This document shows, in pieces, positions 30,718-41,611 of a DNA stretch of 64,000 bases. Both the position numbers and the translations under genes were made by a program. The DNA lies in assembly GCA_965227295.1 (NCBI GenBank), contig OZ245742.1:2336001-2400000 (forward strand), given 5' to 3'. The notes under the pieces were generated by a model. It was not told the origin of the DNA, did no database searches, and was given only the letters and a program-made list of their open reading frames with translations. The stretch's first letter is position 1; each line of letters opens with the position of its first letter. This DNA comes from Leptonemataceae bacterium (GTDB taxonomy: Bacteria; Spirochaetota; Leptospiria; Leptospirales; Leptonemataceae).

Positions 30718-31245
30718 TCATAGTTTCCGCTCTACCTTCTGTAGAGCGGACTTGATGCCAGACTCGAATTGACGTTTTTTGAAAGCAGGTACGAGGGTGG
30801 TTGCGATCACATCGTTGAAATAGTCGTTCCGAATTGATTGTGCGAGTTTCCGATCTGCTTCAATTCGAATTTTTCCATCACGAGTGGCAATCACAATAAG
30901 CATGGACATATTCTCCGCCGGAATGTGCCCAGCTGAGTCCCACTGTCTGGCAGCTGTTAAAGAGAAGTCCTCAATTGGGATACCGTTCGTAGTTTCTACA
31001 ATAAGAATAGCCGATGATAAACGTTTGTTTTTTTCCAACTTTTCGATAGTGGATTCAATGCGAAGGATGCTATCGGCTGCGAGAATCTCTGCGTAATCGT
31101 TCACAGATCCCTGTACTGTGGTCGCAAGTTGCTGTGAATTGATCGGAGAGTCCTTTGCTTCTGGGAAGAAATTGCACTGCACACGTGGGAAGCAACTCAC
31201 AATGAATGCAAGGACAATAATGAGAGCGACTCTGCTGCGGATCAT
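30718..31245 (-). CDS. TPM-domain (DUF477) lipoprotein
   Basis: MIRSRVALIIVLAFIVSC; VNDYAEIL, IEDFS, RIE, VPAFKKRQFESGI. Start placed at 31245. Confidence 0.8.
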   Translation of the reverse strand: MIRSRVALIIVLAFIVSCFPRVQCNFFPEAKDSPINSQQLATTVQGSVNDYAEILAADSILRIESTIEKLEKNKRLSSAILIVETTNGIPIEDFSLTAARQWDSAGHIPAENMSMLIVIATRDGKIRIEADRKLAQSIRNDYFNDVIATTLVPAFKKRQFESGIKSALQKVERKL

Positions 31246-31331
31246 TAGTGTTTTATCGATGCTCTCCTTTACTTCGTCAACTGGAATTGGTCTATGAAAA
31301 TTGAAAATCTTTTTGGATGTGTCGAATAGGG

Positions 31332-31839
31332 TGTAAGCTTGAAATACTCGTCGACGCCTCCAGGCGGCCCCACGCCGGGTTATCCCTTGCGAGTCTTTGA
31401 ATGAGCCGGATTTCTTCGACTGGAATTCGCGGCCGGCGCGGTCGATTGTAGTTGCAAGGGAAGATTGCTCGTAGCCTACTTGCGAAAATGTGCCCAACAG
31501 GCACGCCGGAATGACTGCTGTAACAGAGACATTTCGGATGAGATCAGGGGATCTTTAACAGGCAAGCAGTGATAGTCTGAACGGACTGACTGCGGCGAGA
31601 AGAAACAGCAGAGGTTCGCCTCTGCCGAAGCGATATACCGAATTCCGCACACGTGTGCGGAATTCTCCCTTCGAGAGTCGGGGCCGCTGAGTTCTTTGCG
31701 GCTAATGTCTGATTCACAAGCGTTAGCGATGCGGAGGGTGGCGCGCAGCGCCAGTCTCGCGTCTTCGCGAGACCGCAGCGAAGCGGAGCCCGTAGCAGCG
31801 CGACGGCCCGCCGCCTCCGCGGCGCGGCGGGCCGGAACG
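31332..31839. repeat. Junction element copy B (IS end + transposase scrap + core + hairpin module), interrupted by the intron
   Basis: Begins TGTAAGCTTGAAATAC; minus strand reads RPRIPVEEIRLIQRLARDNPAWG; palindrome at 31640-31665. Confidence 0.9.
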
Positions 31840-33723
31840 GTGTGCCCGGCATGGGCGATGACTACCGGTGAGAGTCCGGAACCGTAGGTCAGCAAAACGG
31901 TTAGCAGAGGGCAAGGGTTCCATCGCGAGGTGTGGCCTGAAGGAAGCCGTATGCGAAATTCCGATCCGACGAACAGGAATCTGATGAGGCTGGTGTCCCC
32001 GGGCAAGTCTGCCGTACAAGACGAAGCCCGCTGACCGAATGGGGGCACGAGTAGATCAGGCGGGTGCGGAAGGAAAGCCATCGTTCTTACCCGGGGAGGT
32101 CTGCGTGCACGGCGTCTTAAATGGCGCGGAAGATCGGGCGACCGATATTCCAGGGTGCGCGCAGAAGTCAGCAGAGGCCATAGTAAGCCGTGCGATGCAG
32201 TTTCCAGAGCGATAGGCATCAAACGGACGAAGGGCCGAACGATATTTCAGAGGGGAAAGCGGTAATCCTGAATCATGCAGTATGAGCTGGACTTCGTGTT
32301 GGCGGTATCATGCCCGGCGATTACCGGTGGAAACCTCGCGGATGAATCGAGGATGAGTGATAAGAATCACGCAACGACGAATCTGATGGATCGGATTCTT
32401 GAGCGCGAGAACATGGAACGTGCGTTGCGCCGGGTCATTTCCAATAAAGGGAAGCCCGGCGTGGACGGTGTAACGGTGGAGGCGCTCAAGCCGTATCTTA
32501 AGGTACATTGGGAACGTATTAAGCAAGAGCTTCGTGACGGTCGCTACCGACCGCAGCCGGTGCGCCGGGTGGAAATCCCGAAGCCGGACGGCGGCGTGCG
32601 TCTGCTGGGTATCCCATGTGCCGTGGATCGTTTGATCCAGCAGGCCGTGTTACAGGTTCTGAATCCGATCTTCGATGCGAAATTCTCGGAATCCAGCTAC
32701 GGTTTCCGGCCGGGGCGCAGTGCTCACGATGCGGTGCGCGCGGCCCGGGATCACGTACGCGCCGGATTCACGATCGTCGTGGACATCGACATCGAAAAGT
32801 TTTTCGACAACGTAAACCACGACATCTTGATGGCCCGGGTTGCACGCACGCTCAAAGACAAAGCGGTGCTGAAGCTGCTGCGTCGCTATCTCCAGGCGGG
32901 CGTGCTGATTAACGGCGTGCGTCTGGTGGGCGAAGAGGGTGTGCCGCAGGGTGGGCCGATCAGCCCGCTGCTGGCGAACATCATGCTGGACGACCTGGAC
33001 CGGGAACTGGAAAAACGCGGCCATCGCTTCTGTCGTTACGCCGATGATTGCAACATCTATGTGCGATCCATGGGCGCGGGACGCAGGGTGAAGGCGAGCA
33101 TTACTAAGTTCCTGGAAAAGAAACTTAAGCTGCGGGTGAACCCGGCGAAGAGTGCGGTGGATTATCCCCGGAAACGTAAGTTCCTGGGGTTTCGCATCCT
33201 GCGCCGCAAGAAGGGCGGGGTGCAAATCTTTATCGCGGAGCGTTCCATCGAACGACTGAAGGACGGCATCCGGCGGCTCACCAGAGCCCGGACGCCGATC
33301 TCATTCGAGGAACGCATCCGCCGACTGGTCGTGTATCTGCGCGGCTGGGCGGCATATTTCGCGCCGGGCGAAAACACCGCGGCCTTGAGCAAGATCTCCC
33401 AGTGGATGCGCCATCGGCTGCGCATGTGTCTGTGGCGACAGTGGCGACTCCCGCGAACTCAGATTCGGGAACTCACCAACAGAGGGCTCTCCTTGCGAGA
33501 TGCATTCCGGCTCGTCACCATGGCACGCAGCAAAGGCCCCTGGCGCATCTCCGGCACTCACCTGATGGGAATCGCCTTCTCTCCCGGCTACTTTCGCCGG
33601 CTCGGCCTCCTGAACATCGAAGAATTTTGCTTACGTAGCCGTCAAGGATATCGAACCGCCGTATACGGACCCGTACGTACGGTGGTGTGAGGGGCGGCGG
33701 GGAGAACCCGCCGCCTACTCGAT
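31840..33723 (+). mobile_element. Group II intron, bacterial class C (IIC)
   Basis: 5' GTGTGCCCGGCATGGG, GTGAGAGTCC, TTCTTACCCGGGGAGGTCTG; short domain V GAACCGCCGTATACGGACCCGTACGTACGGTGGTGTGAGGGG; domain VI ending CCTACTCGAT. Removal recreates GGAACG|CCCA as in the empty copies. Confidence 0.95.
32353..33690 (+). CDS. ltrA: Group II intron reverse transcriptase/maturase without endonuclease domain
   Basis: NKGKPGVDG, IPKPDGGVRLLGIP, SYGFRPGRS, PQGGPISPLLANI, RYADD; stop inside domain V. Start may be 32275, 32353 or 32386. Confidence 0.95.
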   Translation: MSDKNHATTNLMDRILERENMERALRRVISNKGKPGVDGVTVEALKPYLKVHWERIKQELRDGRYRPQPVRRVEIPKPDGGVRLLGIPCAVDRLIQQAVLQVLNPIFDAKFSESSYGFRPGRSAHDAVRAARDHVRAGFTIVVDIDIEKFFDNVNHDILMARVARTLKDKAVLKLLRRYLQAGVLINGVRLVGEEGVPQGGPISPLLANIMLDDLDRELEKRGHRFCRYADDCNIYVRSMGAGRRVKASITKFLEKKLKLRVNPAKSAVDYPRKRKFLGFRILRRKKGGVQIFIAERSIERLKDGIRRLTRARTPISFEERIRRLVVYLRGWAAYFAPGENTAALSKISQWMRHRLRMCLWRQWRLPRTQIRELTNRGLSLRDAFRLVTMARSKGPWRISGTHLMGIAFSPGYFRRLGLLNIEEFCLRSRQGYRTAVYGPVRTVV

Positions 33724-33751
33724 CCCACATGCTTCTCGCGCGTAAACGCAA

Positions 33752-36700
33752 ACGGCGAGGCCTGGGCCTATGCGCGCGCAACGACGGACGCGGCGAGTTT
33801 CAACAACGGCATGACGGCGTTGTACAACGCCGACGTTGCGGGACAGGCGGTGATCTACGCGGCGGGGCTGGGATTTCTGTTTCAGTTGTATGCGAAGGAC
33901 ACGGCGTTCAAGGATCAACTGGATCGTGCGATGGATCGGCTGTACGGATTGCCGACGACGAACCTGGTGCAACAGGGCAACGAACTGAAGAACCTGTACG
34001 CGGAACTGCACCGGCTCACGGACATAGACAGCGTGGAGAAACTGCGGGATGTGCTGGACGATCCGGAGTACGGCTTAACCGCGGATGATGTGGCATTAAT
34101 CCAGGGCAGCGGAACGTTAGATCAACTGATCTGGAAGGGCGGCAAAGAGGACTTAAGCCTGGATGATGTGGTGGGCGCGAACGGCCTGCCGATTGCGCAG
34201 GATAAGGCGATTCATGATGAGTTTGGATTTTATGTGCGAGACGGGGAATTTTCGGCCGGCAATATCACTGCGAATCCGACAGGGACGGACAAATACGGCC
34301 GCAGAATCGCACTGATGGTGAGCGCCGATGAATTCACGGACGCACTCGCGGCGATGTCACAGACGCAGTACGAGATCGAACGCGAAGAGTACTTCCGGGC
34401 AGCAGAGACAATGACGGAAGACCGTGTACAGGCGGACATGGTGACGATCCTGGATGAACGCGAAGAGTTCTATGGCACGTTGATGCAACAGGCCGCCAGC
34501 GTGGGCGTGCAGTTTGAAATGTACCGCAAACTCGCGGAAGACTATCACGGCGAAGGCGGCGTGGTAGACCAGGTGGCGGAGCTGGAGATCCAACAGCGAG
34601 TCGCATCCCAGAGACACGAATGGGACCTGCGCATGGAACAGTTCCGCAAGAAACGCCAGGAGTGGGGTGAAAACATTGCGCAGCTTACGAACGTGGGCGA
34701 GCAGAAGTGGAGCGACATGACCACCGAGATGGCCACGGCATGGAACGAGTGGCGGAAAGACTTCGACGCCGAAGCTAAGGCAGCGGAAGATCTGTACCTC
34801 GAACGTATTTCGGAAGCGATTGTAGACGAGCAGGAGTGGACGCAGGAATTCACAACGCTGGCGGCGCAAGGGGCGGACGAGCAGACGTTAAGAGAGCTGT
34901 ACGACGAAATCAATGAGATGGTGACGAATCTCAGAAGCGGCCTAGCGGCGGATATGCAGGTGGAGATCAACGCGAATGAGATCCTGAACCGCGTGCTGGC
35001 GAATAAACCGGACACACTGAACGAAAGCGTGGTGATGGCGGGGGAGTATGCCAACACGCAGATTTTCCTGGATGAGCTGAAGGACCAGAACTTCGACAAC
35101 AGCATTCAGGATCGTTATGATGATCTCAATGAACGTTACGGAGAAATGGCGCAGCGGCTCGTTAGACTGCAAAGCCTGGATAGTCTGTACGGATTGATTG
35201 ACCTGTTCGATGAAACGATCGCAGAAGCGAACGCCAGATTACAGTTGCAGATGGACCAGAAGATGGGCCAGACGAACTGGGTGAAGATGGGCGACTTGTA
35301 TACGAAGCAGATCAAAACGGCACAGGCAGTGCTTACGGGACAGCCGAGCATTCCCGTGTTTGCGCCTTCGTTCCACGATTACTTTTACTTGAAGCCGGAC
35401 CTCCGCAGTGAAGCGGTGGTGAAAGACTCGGAAGGCAAAGAGTGGAACCTAACAGACACTGAGTCCATATTAGCAGACGGCGGACCGAGCAGCGCGGAAC
35501 TGGAGAGCATGGTGCGCCTGGTGCGCAACAAACTGGAGAAGGAGTTCGAGCAAACCTACGATCCGGATGAGGAGGTGGACTACGAGGGCACCAGTGGATT
35601 GGTGTTCATTAACTGGCAACAGGCGCTGGCCGATGCGAGTGCGGCGGCGATTAACCCCTCCACGTGTAACTTAGCGGAAAGCATGGATGAATGCGCCCGG
35701 AACATTATGCAGTCCGGGTATACCGTGGGCCTTGTGGAAGGCGGAACGTTTGGACGCCACCACTTCGAGGAATACTACCGCGCACTGACAATCCGCAACT
35801 TCTTCGACCAGATGGAAGCAGACGGTAGAGCTATGCGCGAGAGTACCGGTGGACGCATGGGCCGGGACTTCGGGACGAACTTAACGGCCTTGCACCGTGG
35901 TGCGGTGCGGAACATGAGTTCCGCTCTCGATGTGCTGGAACGTAATTCGAAGTACGTCCAGATGCTTCAGGTTGCGAACAGGCAGTTACCGATTGCTCAG
36001 GCGCAAATCGGCGCGGCGCGGCGCGGACTGGATCAATACGAAGACATGAACCAGCGTGTGCGGGTGGGACTGAGCAAGGGCTGGCAGCGGAACGACGATG
36101 AGATCGACGCCGTGATTAAAGTCGGCGGCACGATTGTGGCGGGTGTGCTGTATGCCGTCTCGTTCGTCTTTCCTCCGGCGGCAGCCATCGCTTCCGGTGT
36201 TCTTGCAGCAGTAGGTTCGTACTCCGGAGTGCGGGGTAGCTACGAAGGCGGCACGAAAGGCGCGCTGGCGGGAGCGGCGAGTGTGGTGCCGGCGATCGTT
36301 AGTAAAGGTGCGGTGAATACAAACTTAAGCTACACGTTTCAGGAGGGCTGGAGTGTCGGCGTGGGCGCGGAGGTTTCGAAAGGCGTCGGCCTTGGTGTGA
36401 GCTATTCGGAACAAGCGGGTTGGGGTGGTAGCATCTCTCTCAGCGGCTCTCAGGGTGTCGGTCTTGATTTCAGCATTGGTGAGCAGGGTCGTTACGGTGT
36501 GGGCTTGAGTGTCGGCGGCTTATGGCAGACAGGGGATGCGAGTGGCGGTGCAGACCTGGGCTGGCGCGTTGGTTACAACACGGGGCCGGAAGGCGAAACC
36601 TATAGTGTCGGTCTGACGGGGTATGGCGGAGAGAAATACGGTCCGAATGGCAACGTCGGTATCGGTGTAACCTACAATCAGAATTTAGGTAACGGCTATT

Positions 36701-38217
36701 ACATTAGTGGCGGAGCGAACGGCGGCGCCGGGTCCGGTTACTTCGGTGGAACGGCAAGCTGGAACTGGACGCGTTTCGGCGGCAGTTCGGCCACGTTCGG
36801 TCTGACGTATAAGCCGCCGCGGCCTGATGATGACGGCAGTCCGATCGATACGCCGGAGGAGAAAACGGCGTTGGATATGTTTCTCGCCGCCGCACGGCGT
36901 GAGGCCGGTGAGGTCTGGGATGATGTCGGCGGCGGGCTTGGATGGCTGGGCGAGCAGGTGGCCGGCGGGTTTGGATGGTTGGGTGGTGCCGTTACTGGCG
37001 GTCTCGCGAGTGTGGCCGGAGCGCTGGGTTGGGAGAGTGGTGCGAATTGGTTGGCAGGGAATGGGTATGTCGACAACGCCACGGCGGAAGCGAATCAGCT
37101 GGCGGAGTTTCGGGCTTATGCCGCGAGAAAAGCGGAATTGGAACAATTAAAGCTAGGGCTAAGAGAAGGGAAAGTCCTAGTTAGAGAAACGGAAGATGGC
37201 CGTTGGATCTTTGTGGATGTCGAAACAGGAGAGTTCTATACTGACGATCCATTCGTTGGAGGACTCGTTCGTTCCGATGAAGAAGGTGTCTTCTATCTAG
37301 CTGGTCCGGTGGTTCCCCCGGCTTTGGCGGAAGCTATCGCGAAAGTGGAACAAACTATCGAAGATAGTGAACCCTTCCCGGATGCTGGAGATGCTGGCGA
37401 CGTTCTCGAGACAAGCGAAAAAATTCTTGAACAAGCAGAGCGACTGAAGAATTTCCGTAAGGCGTTGGGTGCACTCGGCAAGCTTCTTTCCGCGTATGAT
37501 ACTATTAATGATTCGGTGACAAGCATTAAGACACTGTCTGAGCGAGCAGAGGTGCAGGAGGAAATTGAGAGACTTGCCTTGAAGGAAATAGTTCATGACG
37601 AATGGGCCCGGAATACTGAAGCACGATACCGAGTGTCCCAGCGACTAAAAGAGCTAAACTCGGAACTGGGGAAAGTTACGACTACGGAGCAGCGGGAAAC
37701 TCTGACTCGGAGAATCCAACGGTTAGAGAGATTCCGTGATGAGGTACTATTACCTGCTAAACAGGAGCTTCTAATCCTAGAACGATTGAATCAATCTGTC
37801 GATAGAAGGCATAGCGGAGTCGGGGCGGCATTCAACGACTACTTAGAAATCGCCTATCCTTCAAAGGGAGCAGATCCATTCTACGATCCCCATTCAACAT
37901 TCGATTATGATGGGAACCCTCATGAACTGAATCTGACTGATCAAAGGAAGTTGAGGCTTCGGAGTGAGTATTACTCTGCTGTCGCATTGGGAGAGCAATA
38001 CTTCAATGAGACAGGTGCGAATGTGCGTTCACGGAGCATCTTTGGATGGCTTCCTTTTGGGGAATGGGGAAGCAAGGCTGGGAGAAAGCTCGATCAGCGC
38101 GGGTACGCGAGTCTCGATACGACTTTAAAGGGCTACTTGTGGCAAATGGCTTATCGGGCAGAAACTCTTCCAAACTGGCATGTGCGATATATCGATTTCG
38201 TTTCTGATAACTACTAA
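33752..38217 (+). CDS. Orphan toxin cassette 2 (longest; first ATG at 33811) with alternative helical C-terminus
   Basis: Matches the giant gene from 21809 (GEAWAYARA) to 25119 (ESGANW), with a 9-nt in-frame deletion; then a different tip. Confidence 0.88.
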
Positions 38218-39197
38218 TGAAGATCTATATAGTCGGTTTCAGTAGTCTATGCTTTGCTATTCTTGGGGGCATCCATTTCATTCTAGCTGATAGTTTGCTA
38301 GAAGTTGATTCTGGACGACCCGTTCGAAGCATCTTGGTGAATCGGGATCCATCTTTTGTGGCCATAGGTTCCGATTCAGTAGGCTTTCGTAGCAATATCG
38401 CAGTATTCTGGCCTGGTAAGACAAGACCGACTCGGCTTTCTGGAGAGCGGGCTGTATATGCGATGGTTTTTCATCAAGGCTCTAGAACTCTTTATGCTGC
38501 AGGTGAATTCGGATATATTGAGAGCTTTCGATTGCCGACTGGCAATAGGCTTAGGCCGATTAGTTTTCCCGATGTCGAAATTCTGGCCTTAACCAAGGCA
38601 GGAACTGACAAACTGATAATTGCCGGGCACAATACGCACAGTAATCAGCCGTACTTGGGCCTGTACAGTATTCGACAGAAAAAGGTGAGCAACTCTGTCT
38701 TGTTCGCTGAAACGCGTGGGCAGGCGTTCGTATCTGACGTACATTATCATGAGAAATCAAAGTTACTTTTGGTTATGTTGCAAAGGCGAATGTACGTCTA
38801 CGAACTACCGGATTTTGATAGAAAATATGACAGACAGTTGCGAGGTACAGTGATTAGGCAGGCCGTTTTTTCCAAAGATGGTGGAACAATCATCTGGGGC
38901 GGTCTGTTTGGCGAGCTTGGCGCAATCCAGATTGCAGCAAGCGGTTCGAGCTTGGTTAAAGCAGCTCATGAAGGAGAAATCTTGGGGTTGGCTGAGAGCG
39001 ATGACGGTCTACTCGTCACATCTGGAGATGATAAACAAGTCAAGGTGTGGTCTTCTTATTCTGGCGGTCTTGCGTTGGTCGGGACCTGGCAGAGCCCTAC
39101 GGTTGTTACAGAAATAGTCGCGGAAGCTGGGCGTTTGTATCTAGGTATGGCGGATGGAAACCTTGAAGTGCTAGCGATGGAAGATTTTATGAAGTGA
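38217..39197 (+). CDS. WD40-like beta-propeller with N-terminal signal/anchor; candidate immunity protein of cassette 2
   Basis: TAATG overlap with the cassette stop; AHEGEILGLA...LVTSGDDKQVKVW repeat. Confidence 0.75.
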   Translation: MKIYIVGFSSLCFAILGGIHFILADSLLEVDSGRPVRSILVNRDPSFVAIGSDSVGFRSNIAVFWPGKTRPTRLSGERAVYAMVFHQGSRTLYAAGEFGYIESFRLPTGNRLRPISFPDVEILALTKAGTDKLIIAGHNTHSNQPYLGLYSIRQKKVSNSVLFAETRGQAFVSDVHYHEKSKLLLVMLQRRMYVYELPDFDRKYDRQLRGTVIRQAVFSKDGGTIIWGGLFGELGAIQIAASGSSLVKAAHEGEILGLAESDDGLLVTSGDDKQVKVWSSYSGGLALVGTWQSPTVVTEIVAEAGRLYLGMADGNLEVLAMEDFMK

Positions 39198-40349
39198 AAT
39201 AGTCAAGATTCCATCTGACACTCCGATATAATTTGTATCGGAGGAAAGAGATGACAGCAGAACAAAAAATCGTAAAGCACCGGGTGGGCATCTTGAGGCT
39301 GGCCCGTACTCTGAATAACGTTGCAGAGGCTTGCCGGGTGATGGGCGTATCACGCGATACGTTCTACCGGTATCAGCGGTTGTACGAGACCGGAGGCGAA
39401 GAGGCCCTGAAGGATCTCACGCGGCGCAAGCCGAACAAGAAGAACCGGATTCCGGCGGATGTGGAAGACGCGGTGATCGAGTTCACGTTCGAGAAGCCGG
39501 CGCACGGTCAATTGCGCGTGTCGAATGAGCTGCGCAAGCGCGGCGTTTCGATCTCACCGGGCGGCGTGCGTCAGGTCTGGTTGCGGCACGACATGGAGAC
39601 GTTCAAGAAGCGTCTGAAGGCCCTGGAAGCCCGCGTCGCGCAAGAGGGGATCATTCTCACCGAGGCACAGGTCGCGGCGCTTGAGAAAGGCCGCCAGGAC
39701 AAAGAAGCGCACGGCGAGGTCGAATCGCACCACCCCGGCTATCTGGGCTCGCAGGACACGTATTACGTGGGCAATATCAAGGGCGTGGGGCGGATCTACC
39801 AGCAGACCTTCATCGACACGTACGCTAAGGTCGGCTTTGCAAAACTTTACGATCGCAAGAACGCACTGACGGCGGCCGACTTGCTGAACGATCGTGTGTT
39901 GCCGTTCTACGCGGACTACAACATCCCGCTGCTGCGCGTGCTCACCGATCGCGGCACGGAGTACTGCGGCAAGCCGGAGAATCACGAGTACGAGTTGTAC
40001 CTCGCGATGGAGGACATCGATCACACCAAAACCAAAGCGCGGCATCCGCAAACGAACGGCGTCTGCGAACGCTTTCACAAGACGATTCAGGAAGAATTCT
40101 ACGCCGTCGCGTTTCGCAAGAAACTTTACTCAAGCATCGAGGAGCTGCAAGCCGATCTGGATGAATGGATGCTCGAGTATAACCAGGAACGGACGCACAG
40201 CGGCAAGTACTGCTTCGGCAAGACGCCGGCGCAAACGTTCGCTGAATCCATCGCCGTGGCGCGTGAAAAGATGCTGCATAAACAGCATCAGGTATCGACC
40301 TGATCATATCTGACAGGCAGGAGTGTCAGATCGGGTGTTGGCTAGTACA
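39195..40349 (+). mobile_element. IS481-family insertion sequence with 7-bp target duplication TATGAAG
   Basis: Imperfect 26-bp IRs TGAAATAGTCAAGATTCCATCTGACA / TGTCAGATCGGGTGTTGGCTAGTACA; TATGAAG at 39188-39194 and 40350-40356. Confidence 0.9.
39251..40303 (+). CDS. IS481-family DDE transposase
   Basis: HTH (NVAEACRVMGVSRDTFYR), GSQDT, LTDRGTEY, PQTNGVCERFHKT; GGAGG RBS before ATG 39251. Confidence 0.95.
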   Translation: MTAEQKIVKHRVGILRLARTLNNVAEACRVMGVSRDTFYRYQRLYETGGEEALKDLTRRKPNKKNRIPADVEDAVIEFTFEKPAHGQLRVSNELRKRGVSISPGGVRQVWLRHDMETFKKRLKALEARVAQEGIILTEAQVAALEKGRQDKEAHGEVESHHPGYLGSQDTYYVGNIKGVGRIYQQTFIDTYAKVGFAKLYDRKNALTAADLLNDRVLPFYADYNIPLLRVLTDRGTEYCGKPENHEYELYLAMEDIDHTKTKARHPQTNGVCERFHKTIQEEFYAVAFRKKLYSSIEELQADLDEWMLEYNQERTHSGKYCFGKTPAQTFAESIAVAREKMLHKQHQVST

Positions 40350-40370
40350 TATGAAGCGAGTACATTCGCA

Positions 40371-40550
40371 ATGAGATTACTTCAGCGTTCCGCTATTGCT
40401 CAGGCAATTCTTACAGTAGTATGTTTCATTTTCTTTTCTCTCTTTGGGCCGGACATATGGCATGGTGATCTTAAAGCAGGATTATTCGTAGCCGGTGTGA
40501 TCATTTTTTTCGTTGTGCTTTTCTTGCTTGGGAAAGTCGGCCAAAACTAA
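40371..40550 (+). CDS. Small two-TM protein (possible orphan immunity)
   Basis: MRLLQRSAIAQ...; its ATG overlaps the pre-insertion stop of the WD40 gene. Confidence 0.5.
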   Translation: MRLLQRSAIAQAILTVVCFIFFSLFGPDIWHGDLKAGLFVAGVIIFFVVLFLLGKVGQN

Positions 40551-40574
40551 ATTCGAAATCCGTCCCCGATTACC

Positions 40575-40901
40575 ATGGCGATCGAAACGCAACCTAGTCG
40601 TAGCCGAATCCTGGCGATTTTCCTTATAGGAATTGCCGTAGTTAGCTTTGCCGGCATGACCTGGAATCTTTCCGGGAAGAGATCCGTTCTCGAAGAAGTA
40701 GGTGTATTTGAGTTATTGATAGCTGCTGCTCTTTTTGGGCTTCCCTTTATTTCTGCATGGGGTCTTTGGTTTCATCGGCCATGGAGCTACTTTTCTGCCC
40801 TACTTGTAGCTATCGGTTATGTATTCAATTTCCCAGTCGGAACAGTCGTTGCCGCAATTGTTTTTTGCCTTCTGATACTGTCCTGGTCCGAAAGGGATTA
40901 G
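40575..40901 (+). CDS. Small multi-TM protein (possible orphan immunity)
   Basis: 108 aa, 3-4 hydrophobic helices, low GC. Confidence 0.6.
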   Translation: MAIETQPSRSRILAIFLIGIAVVSFAGMTWNLSGKRSVLEEVGVFELLIAAALFGLPFISAWGLWFHRPWSYFSALLVAIGYVFNFPVGTVVAAIVFCLLILSWSERD

Positions 40902-41034
40902 TTGTCTCTTCCGGTCGATGTGTAAAGGAGCAGTTAAATGCTTGCAAGTCGGCGCGAGCCAATCGAGTCCTTCAGCCAGACTGGCACCAGCAATACATAT
41001 TCGAAATCATTCAGAGGACGTCTTATGATTAGGT

Positions 41035-41607
41035 TGTAAGCTTGAAATACTCATCCACGCCTTCAAGCGGCTTCCCAATGATAAGTAGAATGCAGCCCGC
41101 CGAGCACAGGTCTTCGCAAGACCCGTACGTTATTTTTTTGGTGGCGGTTCTGTCTGACGGCCCTCCGGCGAACCGAGGTCCACAGACGCGTGCGTGCGGT
41201 GCCGATTGTAGTTGCAAACGTAGATTGCTCGTCGCATACTTGCTGAAATGTGCCCAACAGGCACGCCGAAATGGCCACTGTAACGGAGACGTTTCGGATG
41301 AGATCAGAGGATCTTTAACAGGCAAGCAGTGATAGTCTGAACGGACTGACTGCGGCGAGAAGAAACAGCAGAGGTTCGCCTCTGCCGAAGCGATATGTTG
41401 AATTCCGCACACGTGTGCGGAATTCGCCCTTCGAGAGTCGGGGCCGCTGAGTTCTTTGCGGCTAATATCTGATTCACAAGCGTTAGCGATGCGGAGGGTG
41501 GCGCGCAGCGCCAGTCTCGCGTCTTCGCGAGACCGCAGCGAAGCGGAGCCCGTAGCAGCGCGACGGCCCGCCGCCTCCGCGGCGCGGCGGGCCGGAACGC
41601 CCAGAGC
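41035..41607. repeat. Junction element copy C (IS end + transposase 3' scrap + core + hairpin module; empty intron site 41599|41600)
   Basis: TGTAAGCTTGAAATACTCATCC; minus strand reads VLRRPVLGGLHSTYHWEAA; palindrome at 41400-41425. Confidence 0.9.
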
Positions 41608-41611
41608 AGCA

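Noticed and set aside
31246..31497. N-terminal extension of the TPM ORF given in the track
   Set aside because: It runs through junction and IS-derived sequence; the lipoprotein signal starts at 31245.
32275..33690. RT as part of a diversity-generating retroelement or retron
   Set aside because: It has YADD and maturase features and lies inside a complete IIC intron RNA. Differences between repeats look mostly synonymous rather than adenine-specific, and no TR/VR pair or avd gene is seen.
33752..37050. Cassettes as pure misassembly duplicates
   Set aside because: Copies carry scattered substitutions, an in-frame indel, unique tips and unique junctions. Long reads are still needed to confirm the order.
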